From positions 3,114 through 67,113 of the forward strand of contig CAMCZW010000005.1 of the NCBI GenBank assembly GCA_945888435.1: a DNA stretch of 64,000 nt. The letters are read 5' to 3'. Below the pieces are notes generated by a model that was not told where the DNA came from, ran no database searches, and saw only the letters and a program-made list of their open reading frames with translations. Position numbers and translations under genes: made by a program. This document shows positions 12,122 through 21,587 of the stretch, piece after piece; positions within the stretch are counted from its first letter, which is position 1; each line of letters begins with the position of its first letter. Source of the stretch: a bacterium UBP8_UBA817 (GTDB taxonomy: Bacteria; Margulisbacteria; Marinamargulisbacteria; SXXA01; SICP01).

Positions 12122-12911
12122 GATCGACTGTCCTTAATATTCGTTCTATTTTTTGAGCATGTCCAGTCAGCGGGTCCACTTCAAGGTAAATACCGTTGAC
12201 CATCCAAGGGAGTGCTTTTGATGTTTCAAATCGTTGCGGCATTTGGGTTAAAAATCGACTAATAATAATATCTTTGTCGACGCCCAGTACCGAGTTCATA
12301 CTTCCCGTCATCCCGATATCGGTAATGGCAGCGGTGTTGTTTTCCATAATCCATTCATCTGCGGTTTGGACATGGGTATGCGTCCCAAATACGCAGGATA
12401 CTTTGCCATCCAGATAAAATGACATGGCTTTCTTTTCAGATGTGGTTTCGGCGTGAAGATCCACAATAATCGTTTTAGTTTCTTTGGACAATACTTCAAT
12501 CGCTTCAATTACGGCATGAAACGGGCAATCAGAATGCCCCATAAATACTCGGCCAATGAGGTTGATCACCCCGATTTTAGCTCCGTTTTTTTCGAATAGT
12601 CGATATCCAACGCCAGGGTTATTTTTAGGGAAATTGAGGGGTCGAATGACCCGGGTAAACTGGTCGATTTTTTTGACAAATTCTTGTTTGGAAAAGATGT
12701 GATTTCCAGAGGTCATCACATCAATCCCCATATTTACTAGTTCAGAATAGACACTAAATGTAATTCCAGATCCGCTTGCTGAGTTTTCGACATTGGCAAT
12801 CACAAAGTGAGGATTGTAAGTCTCCCTAATCTCGGGGAGTTGTCTGGCCAGCACTTTACGTCCAGGCTGGCCAACAATATCTCCGATACAAACAAAGCGG
12901 AGATTATCCAT
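12114..12911 (-). CDS. ymdB: YmdB-type metallophosphoesterase (TIGR00282)
   Basis: GDIVGQPG, TSGNH, DLHAETTSEK, GTHTHVQTAD; canonical position after rny. Confidence 0.95.
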   Translation of the reverse strand: MDNLRFVCIGDIVGQPGRKVLARQLPEIRETYNPHFVIANVENSASGSGITFSVYSELVNMGIDVMTSGNHIFSKQEFVKKIDQFTRVIRPLNFPKNNPGVGYRLFEKNGAKIGVINLIGRVFMGHSDCPFHAVIEAIEVLSKETKTIIVDLHAETTSEKKAMSFYLDGKVSCVFGTHTHVQTADEWIMENNTAAITDIGMTGSMNSVLGVDKDIIISRFLTQMPQRFETSKALPWMVNGIYLEVDPLTGHAQKIERILRTVDHD

Positions 12912-14449
12912 TAATGGGCAATTCCAGAGGCTCGCGTTTCTCTAATAATCGATACAATGACTTCGCCAGGGTAATCAACTTCAGCTTCAATTTTTTTCGC
13001 CATATCGAGGGCGATTTTGTGGATTCCGTCATCATCAATTTCGTCGGGCTTCACGACTACTCTGATTTCTCGTCCGGCTTGGATGGCATAGGCCTTTTCT
13101 ACCCCTTCGTATGAAAGAGCGATGGCTTCTAGTTTCTCAAGTCGTTTGATGTACATTTCGGTCGATTCACGTCTTGCGCCTGGCCTGACAGAGGAGATCG
13201 CATCCGCCATCATAACGATGACCGCTTCGATGGTATCTGGCTCTTCGTCTTCGTGGTGGGCCATAATACAGTTGATGACTTCTGCACTTTCGCCATACTT
13301 TTCACAGACTTCTTTTCCGAGGTCGTCATGGCTTCCGCCTTGTTCAAAGTCGATGGCTTTTCCGATGTCATGGAGAACGGTTCCACGTTTCGCTAATTGC
13401 ACATTTACTTTCAACTGTACCGCCATTGCGCCTGCAATATGAGCCGCTTCTAATGAGTGAGATAGAATATTTTGACCATAGCTTGTTCGGTAATGCAATT
13501 TGCCCAATAATCGGACGATTTCAGGGTGAAATTGAAGACCTAATTCATCAGCTGCTTTTTCTCCACGTTCTCGGATAGTTTCTTCTAATTCTCGTTTGGA
13601 TTTATCCACCATCTCTTCAATACGAGCTGGGTGAATTCGGCCATCTTGAAGTAGTTTTTCCATCGTCATTCTGGCGATTTCTCTTCGGATTGGGTCGAAA
13701 CAAGAAAGCACAACCGCACCGGGGGTATCATCGATCACGACATCGACACCAGTAATCGATTCGAAGGATCGGATATTACGGCCTTCTTTTCCGATAATTC
13801 GACCTTTCATTTCATCGTCTGGCAATTGAACAACCGAAGTCGTCGCTTCAACCACATGGTCAACCGCAGTGCGTTGAATCGCATCTACAACAATTTCCTT
13901 GGCTTTTCGGTTGGCGACTTTTTTGGCTTGATCTTCGATTTCTTTAATCATTTTACCCGCACGAGTCCGGACTTCTCTTTCGATATTGGCCATCAATGTT
14001 TTGGTGGCTTCTTCTTTGGATAATCCAGCCACTTTTTCTAAGGTGCCGAGCAAGTCTTGAATAACGGTTTCTTGCTTCTTTTTAAGCTGTTTTGCGCGTT
14101 CAAATTCTTGCGTTACCTTTTCATCTCGGTCCATTAAATGGGCTTCTTTTTCTTCGAGATATTTCTCTTTTTTAACGATGCGTTTTTCGATTTCGCCAAT
14201 ATTGTCTCGTCTGGATTTAATCTCTGCGTCCATGTCGGTACGGGCTTTACCCACGACTCGTTGCGCTTCCTGATGAGATCTTCCCTTAATTTTTTCGGAT
14301 TCGCGATGTGCTTTATCTAGAATTTGTTCTACTTCTTTTTCGGCTTTTTCAACTTGTTTGTCTGCAGCATTTTTTGCTTTTAGGACGTATGCCATTGCGA
14401 CTGCAATTGATGTTACGCCGATCGCAATTGCGATAATAATCGGGCTCAT
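12911..14449 (-). CDS. rny: Ribonuclease Y
   Basis: N-terminal TM, coiled coil, KH domain (MKGRIIGKEGRNIR), HD domain (LHDIGKA), AIQAGREIRV. Confidence 0.98.
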   Translation of the reverse strand: MSPIIIAIAIGVTSIAVAMAYVLKAKNAADKQVEKAEKEVEQILDKAHRESEKIKGRSHQEAQRVVGKARTDMDAEIKSRRDNIGEIEKRIVKKEKYLEEKEAHLMDRDEKVTQEFERAKQLKKKQETVIQDLLGTLEKVAGLSKEEATKTLMANIEREVRTRAGKMIKEIEDQAKKVANRKAKEIVVDAIQRTAVDHVVEATTSVVQLPDDEMKGRIIGKEGRNIRSFESITGVDVVIDDTPGAVVLSCFDPIRREIARMTMEKLLQDGRIHPARIEEMVDKSKRELEETIRERGEKAADELGLQFHPEIVRLLGKLHYRTSYGQNILSHSLEAAHIAGAMAVQLKVNVQLAKRGTVLHDIGKAIDFEQGGSHDDLGKEVCEKYGESAEVINCIMAHHEDEEPDTIEAVIVMMADAISSVRPGARRESTEMYIKRLEKLEAIALSYEGVEKAYAIQAGREIRVVVKPDEIDDDGIHKIALDMAKKIEAEVDYPGEVIVSIIRETRASGIAH

Positions 14450-14473
14450 ATTTTCCTCCTACGTTCTACTTTT

Positions 14474-15514
14474 TTATTCTAAAATTAACTCTTCTTTCGC
14501 TTGGTTGGGCGGCGTTAGTACTGGCTTGCTATCTTTAACTAATTGTTTAATTTTCACTTCTAATTCTTGATATGCTTTTGGGTTGTCTTTCAAGAATTTT
14601 TTTGCGGCATCTCGACCTTGCCCCATTCTTTGTTCTTGGTATGAAAACCAGGCGCCACTTTTCTCGACTAAATCATAGTGAATCGCGAGATCCAGAATAT
14701 CACTTTCTCTGGAAATCCCTTCTCCAAATATAATTTCTAGTTCTGTGAATCGAAATGGTGGAGCTACTTTATTTTTAACGATTTTCACTTTGACTTTGTT
14801 TCCGACTATATCCACGCCTGATTTAACCGATTCAATTCTTCGGATATCCACTCGGATTGATGAGTAAAACTTAAGTGCACGTCCACCCGGTGTGACTTCT
14901 GGATTACCAAACATTACCCCGATTTTATCTCGAATTTGGTTAACGAAAATCACGATTGTTTTTGATTTATTTACAATGGCCGTGAGTTTTCTTAATGCTT
15001 GGGACATTAAACGCGCTTGTACGCCCATTTGAGAATCGCCCATTTCGCCTTCGATTTCAGATTTTGGAACCAATGCAGCAACGGAGTCGATGATAATTAA
15101 ATCAACAGCATTTGATCTTACTAATGTTTCAGCAATTTCTAGTGCTTGTTCGCCATAGTCTGGCTGGGATAAAAACAGGCTTTCTAAATTAACGCCTAGT
15201 TGTTGGGCATAGGCTGGATTGAGGGCATGCTCTGTGTCGATATAGGCACAAACCCCACCTTGTTTTTGGGATTCTGCAACGGCGTGTAGGGATAGAGTTG
15301 ATTTCCCTGCGGACTCTGGACCAAAGATTTCGATAATCCGTCCTTTTGGATAGCCGCCTACTCCCAATGCCAAGTCTAAAGACAATGCGCCCGAAGAAAT
15401 AACTTCAACTTCTTCAAGTGGAGTTTGTCCTAATCTCATAATCGCGCCCTTTCCATGGGCCTTTTCGATTTGGGATACTGCAAAATCTAATGCTTTTTTC
15501 TTATTGTCGTCCAT
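14474..15514 (-). CDS. recA: Recombinase RecA
   Basis: [43 protein letters not shown]. Start at MDDNKKK after a GGAGG SD. Confidence 0.99.
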   Translation of the reverse strand: MDDNKKKALDFAVSQIEKAHGKGAIMRLGQTPLEEVEVISSGALSLDLALGVGGYPKGRIIEIFGPESAGKSTLSLHAVAESQKQGGVCAYIDTEHALNPAYAQQLGVNLESLFLSQPDYGEQALEIAETLVRSNAVDLIIIDSVAALVPKSEIEGEMGDSQMGVQARLMSQALRKLTAIVNKSKTIVIFVNQIRDKIGVMFGNPEVTPGGRALKFYSSIRVDIRRIESVKSGVDIVGNKVKVKIVKNKVAPPFRFTELEIIFGEGISRESDILDLAIHYDLVEKSGAWFSYQEQRMGQGRDAAKKFLKDNPKAYQELEVKIKQLVKDSKPVLTPPNQAKEELILE

Positions 15515-15515
15515 T

Positions 15516-16070
15516 TTATCCTCCTGGGGATTTCGCACTTAACCACTGTTTTAATATCATAAGTGCGGCTTGTACTGCTTTGTTTCTAATGGTTGTCGCG
15601 TCGCCTTCTAATTCTAGTTGTTTAATTCGTCTTTCGCCATCATATTGAATTCCGACAATAATTACGCCCTTCCTTTTGATGCTCGAGAGATCCGGTTGAT
15701 GCTGGACTCCCGTTACCGTCACGTAAATATCGCTTTTCATTCGTCGTTCGATGCATTCAAGTACCCCTTCCACAAAGGCAGAGGTGGCCGGGTGATGTTT
15801 AAGTATTGGCACCGGCATTGCCAATAATCTCATTTGGGACAGTGTCGTCGGACAGACTAGCCCTCCCAAAAATTGGTCAGTGGCTCTTGTAATCCTGGAT
15901 AATCGATTACATAACGCCCCATTGGTAATGGTTTCAACCACCACTATGGTTTTTTTTGACCTCTTAATCAATCCAGACAGTTCAGTATCAATTGACCGAT
16001 CCAGATGAATGACTGCCAAATCAATAACGTCCTGAAATCCAGCAGACGTTACTGATTCTTTCATTTGCAA
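15516..16070 (-). CDS. cinA: CinA C-terminal/PncC-like protein with degenerate motifs
   Basis: Upstream of recA. VVETITNG aligns with the PncC AESCTGG motif; C-terminal [15 protein letters not shown] is typical of CinA-C. Start is TTG 16070 or ATG 16064. Confidence 0.75.
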   Translation of the reverse strand: MQMKESVTSAGFQDVIDLAVIHLDRSIDTELSGLIKRSKKTIVVVETITNGALCNRLSRITRATDQFLGGLVCPTTLSQMRLLAMPVPILKHHPATSAFVEGVLECIERRMKSDIYVTVTGVQHQPDLSSIKRKGVIIVGIQYDGERRIKQLELEGDATTIRNKAVQAALMILKQWLSAKSPGG

Positions 16071-16074
16071 GCGG

Positions 16075-17232
16075 TTATCTTAACCCGTTTGTCAATTGAG
16101 CGACCTTATCTGTTTTTTCCCATGGAACATCCAGGTCAGTCCGACCAAAATGTCCATAAGCGGCAACCTGACGATAAATCGGTCGCTTTAATTGTAAGCT
16201 ATTAATGATACCTTCTGGTGTTAGAGTAAAATTTTCTTTAATTAGGGTCTCTAACTCTCGATCATTGGCCGCAGTTCCAAAGCTGTTGACGCGAACCGAC
16301 ACGGGCTCGGCAATACCAATGGCATAGGCCAACTGGATTTCAACTTCGGTTGCGAGTTTGGCTGCAACAATGTTTTTGGCAATGTATCTGGCCATATATG
16401 CAGCTGATCGATCTACTTTACTAGGATCCTTTCCTGAAAAAGCGCCACCGCCATGACTCCCCCAACCTCCATACGTATCAACGATAATTTTTCGTCCGGT
16501 TAACCCTGCATCTCCATTAGGCCCACCGATGACAAAAGCGCCGGTTGGATTAATCAAAATTCGGGTATTTTCGTCCAACAAATTCGCTGGAACGATGGTC
16601 TTAATGACATGCTCGATCATATCGTTATGAATTGTTTCCCATTCAACATCGGGGTTATGTTGTGTAGAAATAACGATGGTATGAGCTCGCACTGGCGTTT
16701 TGTCTTCGTCGTATTCAAGCGTGACTTGGGCTTTTGAATCTGGCCTGAGATACGTTAACTGGCCGGATTTTCGAAGTTCAGCGACTCGCTTTACTAGTTT
16801 GTGGGAGAGCACCAATGTCATCGGCATTAATTCTGGCGTTTGGTTACACGCATATCCAAACATTAACCCTTGGTCTCCTGCCCCCATCTCTTTAAATTTA
16901 CCCTCACCTTTATTGACCCCTTGTGCAATATCGGGTGATTGTTCGTTCACAGTAGTCAGCACGCCACATGTTTCAGATTCGATTCCGTAATCCGCTTTGG
17001 TATACCCCACCTCTTTGATGGTTTGTCTTACGATTTTTCGGATATCGATCGATGCTTTTGTGGTGATTTCGCCGCCCACTATGACTAGCCCTGTGGTTGC
17101 AAAACATTCTGCCGCCACCCTACTTTCTGGATCTTGCGCTAAACACGCATCCAAAATTGCATCCGAAATCTGATCGCAGAGCTTATCTGGGTGTCCTTCT
17201 GAAACTGATTCCGAGCTAAATAAAAATGCCAT
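16075..17232 (-). CDS. metK: S-adenosylmethionine synthetase
   Basis: [47 protein letters not shown]. Confidence 0.99.
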   Translation of the reverse strand: MAFLFSSESVSEGHPDKLCDQISDAILDACLAQDPESRVAAECFATTGLVIVGGEITTKASIDIRKIVRQTIKEVGYTKADYGIESETCGVLTTVNEQSPDIAQGVNKGEGKFKEMGAGDQGLMFGYACNQTPELMPMTLVLSHKLVKRVAELRKSGQLTYLRPDSKAQVTLEYDEDKTPVRAHTIVISTQHNPDVEWETIHNDMIEHVIKTIVPANLLDENTRILINPTGAFVIGGPNGDAGLTGRKIIVDTYGGWGSHGGGAFSGKDPSKVDRSAAYMARYIAKNIVAAKLATEVEIQLAYAIGIAEPVSVRVNSFGTAANDRELETLIKENFTLTPEGIINSLQLKRPIYRQVAAYGHFGRTDLDVPWEKTDKVAQLTNGLR

Positions 17233-17294
17233 TTTATTCCCTTATTTCTTTAATTCCTAACAGCGTTATCAGGAGACTTTAATTTTAACTTACC

Positions 17295-18263
17295 TTACCT
17301 TGACAAGGCAATGGCGAGTGCGTCTCTACCGTTTTCTCCAGTAACTAAAGGTGATGAATTGGTTTGGATACAGGTGATGAAATGGCCTAATTCACTGGCC
17401 AGGGGCTCTTTTTTAGGGACTTCTATTGAAATAGGCTCTGATACGGGCAACCCAATCGTCACTTCTCCGGTTAGAGACACTGTTTTGGTGACTTTACTTT
17501 TAAATAAGGTAACGGTTTGAGCAATATAATCCATTTGGATATACCCTTCATTTCCTGTGACGGTTAGAGTTCTGATTCGATTGGGTGTAATCCAGTTGAC
17601 TTGGACATAGGCGCTTACGATTGAATATCTAAGTAAAATATCCGCGTAATCATCACGGTCATCGGCTACGGCCCTTCCTGAATTGATTAGGATTTGAGTG
17701 GGGCTACTTTCTCCAATTAAGGTGTGGATAATATCGATGTCATGGACGGCTAAATCGATTAAAACATTGGCATCTTTAATTTGCCCGGGGAATCCGCCAA
17801 GTCTGCGAGTGCTGATGGAGACGACGCGACCGACTTCTCCGGCTTTAATCAATTGATCTACCACTTGAACGCTCGGATTAAATCGCTCGATATGGCCGAC
17901 CATTAATTTCACATTATGCTGCTTGGCCAATCTAATTAAGTCATCGGCTCTTTCGATGGTATCTGCGATGGGTTTTTCGACTAAGACGTTCACGCCTTTT
18001 TCGATGGCATATTTGGCCATTTCATAGTGCAGCCTTGTGGAGGCTACGATGGATAATGCGTCCAGGTTTTGCTCGTCGATGAGAAGTTTATAATCCGAAT
18101 AGCCTTTGACTGCGTACGTCTCTTCAAACTGGGCCCTGAGTGTTGGGTTGCTATCGCATACCGCAACTAGGTTTACATCTGGATTTTCGCTGTAGACTCG
18201 AACATGGTGGCGTCCCATGTTTCCGAGGCCGATGACGGCTATGTTTAATTTTTTCATTTCCAT
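17295..18263 (-). CDS. Gfo/Idh/MocA family oxidoreductase (WbpB-like sugar dehydrogenase)
   Basis: IAVIGLGNMG, VLVEKP, VGHIERFNP, DLAVHDID, KEPLASEL. Confidence 0.92.
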   Translation of the reverse strand: MEMKKLNIAVIGLGNMGRHHVRVYSENPDVNLVAVCDSNPTLRAQFEETYAVKGYSDYKLLIDEQNLDALSIVASTRLHYEMAKYAIEKGVNVLVEKPIADTIERADDLIRLAKQHNVKLMVGHIERFNPSVQVVDQLIKAGEVGRVVSISTRRLGGFPGQIKDANVLIDLAVHDIDIIHTLIGESSPTQILINSGRAVADDRDDYADILLRYSIVSAYVQVNWITPNRIRTLTVTGNEGYIQMDYIAQTVTLFKSKVTKTVSLTGEVTIGLPVSEPISIEVPKKEPLASELGHFITCIQTNSSPLVTGENGRDALAIALSR

Positions 18264-18298
18264 AGTTTCCTATTAGTGAATTTTAGGTGTCAAGATCT
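18214..18298 (-). repeat. Direct repeat copy 1: 5' end and upstream region of the Gfo/Idh/MocA gene
   Basis: cccatgtttccgaggccgatgacggctatgtttaattttttcat...catagtttcctattagtgaattttaggtgtcaagatct matches 18880-18958; includes minus-strand TTGACA. Confidence 0.85.
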
Positions 18299-18380
18299 TT
18301 AGTGTTTTCAAGCTATGGTGCAGGTGCACTGACTTTGTTTGAGCTCACTAATCTGGAGCATTAGGACGCTGAACAAAAAG

Positions 18381-18430
18381 GTCCCTGAGTGCCCGCCATA
18401 GCCTTGGCGACGGAGGGTGTATCGAAGGGC
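18381..18430. repeat. Nested REP-like palindromic unit
   Basis: gtccctgagt...atcgaagggc outer imperfect inverted repeat enclosing cccgccatagccttggcgacggaggg; a GC-rich patch in an AT-rich intergenic region. Confidence 0.5.
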
Positions 18431-18487
18431 CTTACGCCTATCGGAGTTTTTGGATTTTGGCTTCGATCGGCTTAATTAATGTAAATT

Positions 18488-18838
18488 TCAATAGGATTTC
18501 TCATTACTTTCCCCCTTATTTTTCAAAAGCTGATAGTACGAAATAAATGCAATCCCTACTCCCCAAATAATTGCCAAGACCAAATTATTTCCTATAGTTC
18601 GTACAAAACCAAAATTTAAAATAATTGTCGGAACCAATAAAATGGCCACTGTATACCTTAGACCTTTTTTTAAATTTAGAGTTGATAGTACAAAACTGAT
18701 ATTGATTAAAATCCCAACCACAATGCAAAAGAGTTTTGTATTTAAAGTAAAATCTAGCTCACTTTGAAAAATATCAATCAAAAATATTGCCCATCCCCAT
18801 GCGAAAAGGGTTGAAATAAGATAAAGGAAAAATTTCAT
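18488..18838 (-). CDS. Hypothetical 4-TM membrane protein
   Basis: 116-aa AT-rich ORF with four hydrophobic stretches; GGAG SD upstream. Confidence 0.7.
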   Translation of the reverse strand: MKFFLYLISTLFAWGWAIFLIDIFQSELDFTLNTKLFCIVVGILINISFVLSTLNLKKGLRYTVAILLVPTIILNFGFVRTIGNNLVLAIIWGVGIAFISYYQLLKNKGESNEKSY

Positions 18839-18879
18839 TAGATAATCTCCACTGTCATCATCGATAAAGCGGTCAAGCC

Positions 18880-18958
18880 CCCATATTTCCTCATCCGATC
18901 ACTGCGACATTTAATTTTTTCATAGTTTGCTATTGTTGAATTTTAAGTGTCAAGATCT
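18880..18958 (-). pseudogene. Direct repeat copy 2: decayed 5' fragment of the Gfo/Idh/MocA gene with its promoter region
   Basis: Minus strand from ATG at 18923 reads MKKLNVAVIG*GNMG versus MKKLNIAVIGLGNMG in the intact gene; the upstream TTGACA region is also conserved. Confidence 0.85.
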
Positions 18959-19015
18959 CTTTGATTTAGCAATCCATATTAATTGACAAAAGGCATACAC
19001 TTTGCAACCATATTA

Positions 19016-19303
19016 ATGATGTCAATTGCACTCTTTCAGTTTAGCCCAGAGAAGAATCTTATTCTTAAAAGAGAACGAAATATTTCCTTTGATGAAATTA
19101 TTGCACTTATTAACTCTGGGGGGGTTCTCGATGTTTTAGATCATCCCAATCAACAAAAATATCCTGACCAATATATCTATGTAATTAATGTGGATGGGTA
19201 TTGTTATTTGGTACCATTTATAAAAAAAGGAAATACGATTTTCTTGAAAACAATTATCCCGAGTCGAAAGGCAACCCGAGAATATATCAATGGAGGAAAA
19301 TAA
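19016..19303 (+). CDS. Type II toxin, BrnT/DUF497-like ribonuclease
   Basis: FSPEKNLILKRERNISFDEI, HPNQQKYPDQ, YLVPF, FLKTIIPSRKAT. The ORF-track TTG start at 18983 coincides with a TTGACA -35 box, so ATG 19016/19019 is preferred. Confidence 0.85.
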   Translation: MMSIALFQFSPEKNLILKRERNISFDEIIALINSGGVLDVLDHPNQQKYPDQYIYVINVDGYCYLVPFIKKGNTIFLKTIIPSRKATREYINGGK

Positions 19304-19304
19304 A

Positions 19305-19577
19305 ATGAAATTAGACCTAGAAGAAGAAATGATTTTATCTAACTTTAATGAAGGAAAGTTAAATCAATCAAAAAAGAAAAAAACTTTACTTGATGAGGCA
19401 AAAGCTGCCGCAGATGAATATCAAGTTAAATCAGAGCGTATTAATATCCGTTTATCGCGATTTGACCTAGATCATATCAAAAGGGTGGCCGCACAAGAGG
19501 GTTTACCCTATCAAACATTTATTGCGAGTGTACTTCATCGATATACGATGGGTTATATCAAAAATAAAACTCTATGA
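19305..19577 (+). CDS. Antitoxin, CopG/BrnA-like with C-terminal ribbon-helix-helix
   Basis: MKLDLEEE start after GGAGG; KSERINIRLS...DL..IK..A..EGLPYQTFIASVLHRY. Confidence 0.85.
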   Translation: MKLDLEEEMILSNFNEGKLNQSKKKKTLLDEAKAAADEYQVKSERINIRLSRFDLDHIKRVAAQEGLPYQTFIASVLHRYTMGYIKNKTL

Positions 19578-19831
19578 TTCACTCACTGATCGGAAGTATT
19601 CCGGCGATTATATTACCTTTAGCGGCCCTTCTCCAACTCCTGCGTATGGTGCGTAACCGATCGGCGGAGGGCGTGAGCGCGGTTTCTTGGGCGTTATTTG
19701 GGATTGCGAACTTATGTCTGTTTATTTATACGGATCAAATCGATATTTTTATTTTTTTGTCTTTTATTGGGACGGCGGTTATTGATTTTTTAATTGTGGG
19801 GCTTTGTTTTGTGTTTCGTGGTCGGGAGTAA
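19574..19831 (+). CDS. PQ-loop/SemiSWEET-like small membrane protein
   Basis: 85 aa, three TM, LLQLLRMVRNRSAEGVSAVSW motif; ATGA overlap with the antitoxin stop. Confidence 0.7.
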   Translation: MIHSLIGSIPAIILPLAALLQLLRMVRNRSAEGVSAVSWALFGIANLCLFIYTDQIDIFIFLSFIGTAVIDFLIVGLCFVFRGRE

Positions 19832-19855
19832 TTGTTAGTATCAAATACTTAATCT

Positions 19856-20725
19856 TTATACCTTATAGCTCCAATTTAAATTGTTTTCTGGCGTGTTATC
19901 CGGCCTAGTTCTTAAAAAAATAGTTCCTCTTGAACTTCTAACAATAACTCCATCTAATGTCCCATTTTTAACCATTTGAATGGCTGCGGCCACAGAAATC
20001 CACTTTTTATTATCTATTTGATACATCACTGTCGTACCTTTTCCATCTTTTTTAATGCCGGTTAATTTGCTTTTTTTATCAAAAAGAGACGCTAAGAATT
20101 TTTTGATTATTTTTAATACTGCATTTGTATCGTTTACTTTATGAGCTTGCATATTTATTGAAATATTAAATTCTTTAGCAAATTGCCTAGCATACTCAGA
20201 AGCAAGATTTTCAAATGCAATGAGTAATTCCTCAGTGATATCTATCCGATATTTTAAGCCTTCAGTTCCGCCCACTATTCCAACTGATTCAGTGGATTTA
20301 TCTTTTTTGATTTCTCTAATAGCCTCTTGAGTCAGTTTTTCAATATGAAGATGTTTTTTTCCTGGCGCTCCGGTCTCACCCATCTCTCCAAGAGCCTTTC
20401 CTGAATTTATTGAATCTCCATTTGAAACTAAGGTAGATTTCAAATGTGCATACATGTATCCTGTGCCATCCAAACTTTCTATGACTACAAAATTTCCATA
20501 TCCTTTTCCATTCTTCCCAATTTGAAGACCGTTTTTAACGACTACTCCATCTTGCATAGATAAAATTTCAGTAGGATTAGAATCACACTTATCTGGGGTA
20601 ATATCAATACCATGATGCGGTGTATATTCGCCCTTCTGATTCTTCCTTGGCTCGGCAAATTCACTACTAAAAGAACTTGGATTCTTGTAAATATCAATTG
20701 GTGCATTTAGTCTAGTTTGTTTCAT
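19856..20725 (-). CDS. M23 family metallopeptidase with C-terminal DUF3892-like domain
   Basis: HHGID (HxxxD), GYGNFVVI, YMYAHL, MGETG, HLH; C-terminal FLRTRPDNTPENNL. Confidence 0.85.
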   Translation of the reverse strand: MKQTRLNAPIDIYKNPSSFSSEFAEPRKNQKGEYTPHHGIDITPDKCDSNPTEILSMQDGVVVKNGLQIGKNGKGYGNFVVIESLDGTGYMYAHLKSTLVSNGDSINSGKALGEMGETGAPGKKHLHIEKLTQEAIREIKKDKSTESVGIVGGTEGLKYRIDITEELLIAFENLASEYARQFAKEFNISINMQAHKVNDTNAVLKIIKKFLASLFDKKSKLTGIKKDGKGTTVMYQIDNKKWISVAAAIQMVKNGTLDGVIVRSSRGTIFLRTRPDNTPENNLNWSYKV

Positions 20726-20743
20726 GAAAATCCCCCATTAATT

Positions 20744-21397
20744 TTACTTTGAATTACTTATTTCTACCCACTTACCATCCCGCTGTTCGAGTATAGCAAG
20801 TCTTCTTTTATGTGGCTCATAAGTTGTACGCATATATTGAATCTTTGTATTCGACACCCATTTTGCATCTTCTGCATTGTTTGCATTAGCCCATTCCTTC
20901 ACAAGTGCTTTGGAATTTATACGGTAAATGGAAATTCCACTTTCGCTAAAACCAGCCTCGTCGAAATTTGAGACTATAAATCGCTTCGTATCAGGTGAAA
21001 ATAAAGGAGGGCTATTAATAGAGGTGATTTGACCGGTTTGATCACTAATTAATAGCCATTCACCCCCTTCATAAAAATCGCAGCAGATTAGAACATAGTG
21101 AATGTCTTTAAACCAATAGATCAAACTAAATTTTCTGTAAGTACTCCACCCCTCTGTTAAGTCATCTTTCAGTGTAACAACTTTTCCTGTTTTGACTTTG
21201 ATTTTTAGGGTGTTTTTTTGTCGGATGGCTATATCGGTTTTTTTGAGTTGTATCCTCTCGATGGAAGATCCGTTATAGCTGTATTTTGAGAGAAGTTTAT
21301 ATAGCGGTTTATTGAGGTCTTTCGGAAGAGAAAAATATACAGCTCCCAAGCCGCATAAAAATATCAAGACCCCTATTATGAGAATTTTCTTAATCAT
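20744..21397 (-). CDS. Hypothetical membrane-anchored/exported protein
   Basis: MIKKILIIGVLIFLCGLGAVYF anchor; YEGGEWLLIS and PLFSPDTKRFI beta-rich segments; same strand and 18 bp from the M23 gene. Confidence 0.7.
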   Translation of the reverse strand: MIKKILIIGVLIFLCGLGAVYFSLPKDLNKPLYKLLSKYSYNGSSIERIQLKKTDIAIRQKNTLKIKVKTGKVVTLKDDLTEGWSTYRKFSLIYWFKDIHYVLICCDFYEGGEWLLISDQTGQITSINSPPLFSPDTKRFIVSNFDEAGFSESGISIYRINSKALVKEWANANNAEDAKWVSNTKIQYMRTTYEPHKRRLAILEQRDGKWVEISNSK

Positions 21398-21532
21398 TAT
21401 CTGCCTTATTCTAGCAGAATAATTGCGTTTAATAAAAAATATATCCACATAATATATAACGCTACTCTTTAATTTTGGCACTCCGGCCATTATTGTCTTT
21501 TTAATTGTAAGGCCTTGCCTTATCTTCCACCG

Positions 21533-21561
21533 TTGACAATCTTATTAGCACTCACTATCCT
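21533..21561 (+). promoter_or_regulatory. Sigma70-type promoter of the hrcA operon
   Basis: TTGACA (21533-21538), 17-bp spacer, TATCCT (21556-21561); overlapped by the CIRCE. Confidence 0.8.
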
Positions 21562-21571
21562 AGAGTGCTAA
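21545..21571. promoter_or_regulatory. CIRCE element (HrcA operator)
   Basis: Perfect TTAGCACTC-N9-GAGTGCTAA just upstream of hrcA. Confidence 0.99.
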
Positions 21572-21587
21572 TAATGGTAAAGCACTC

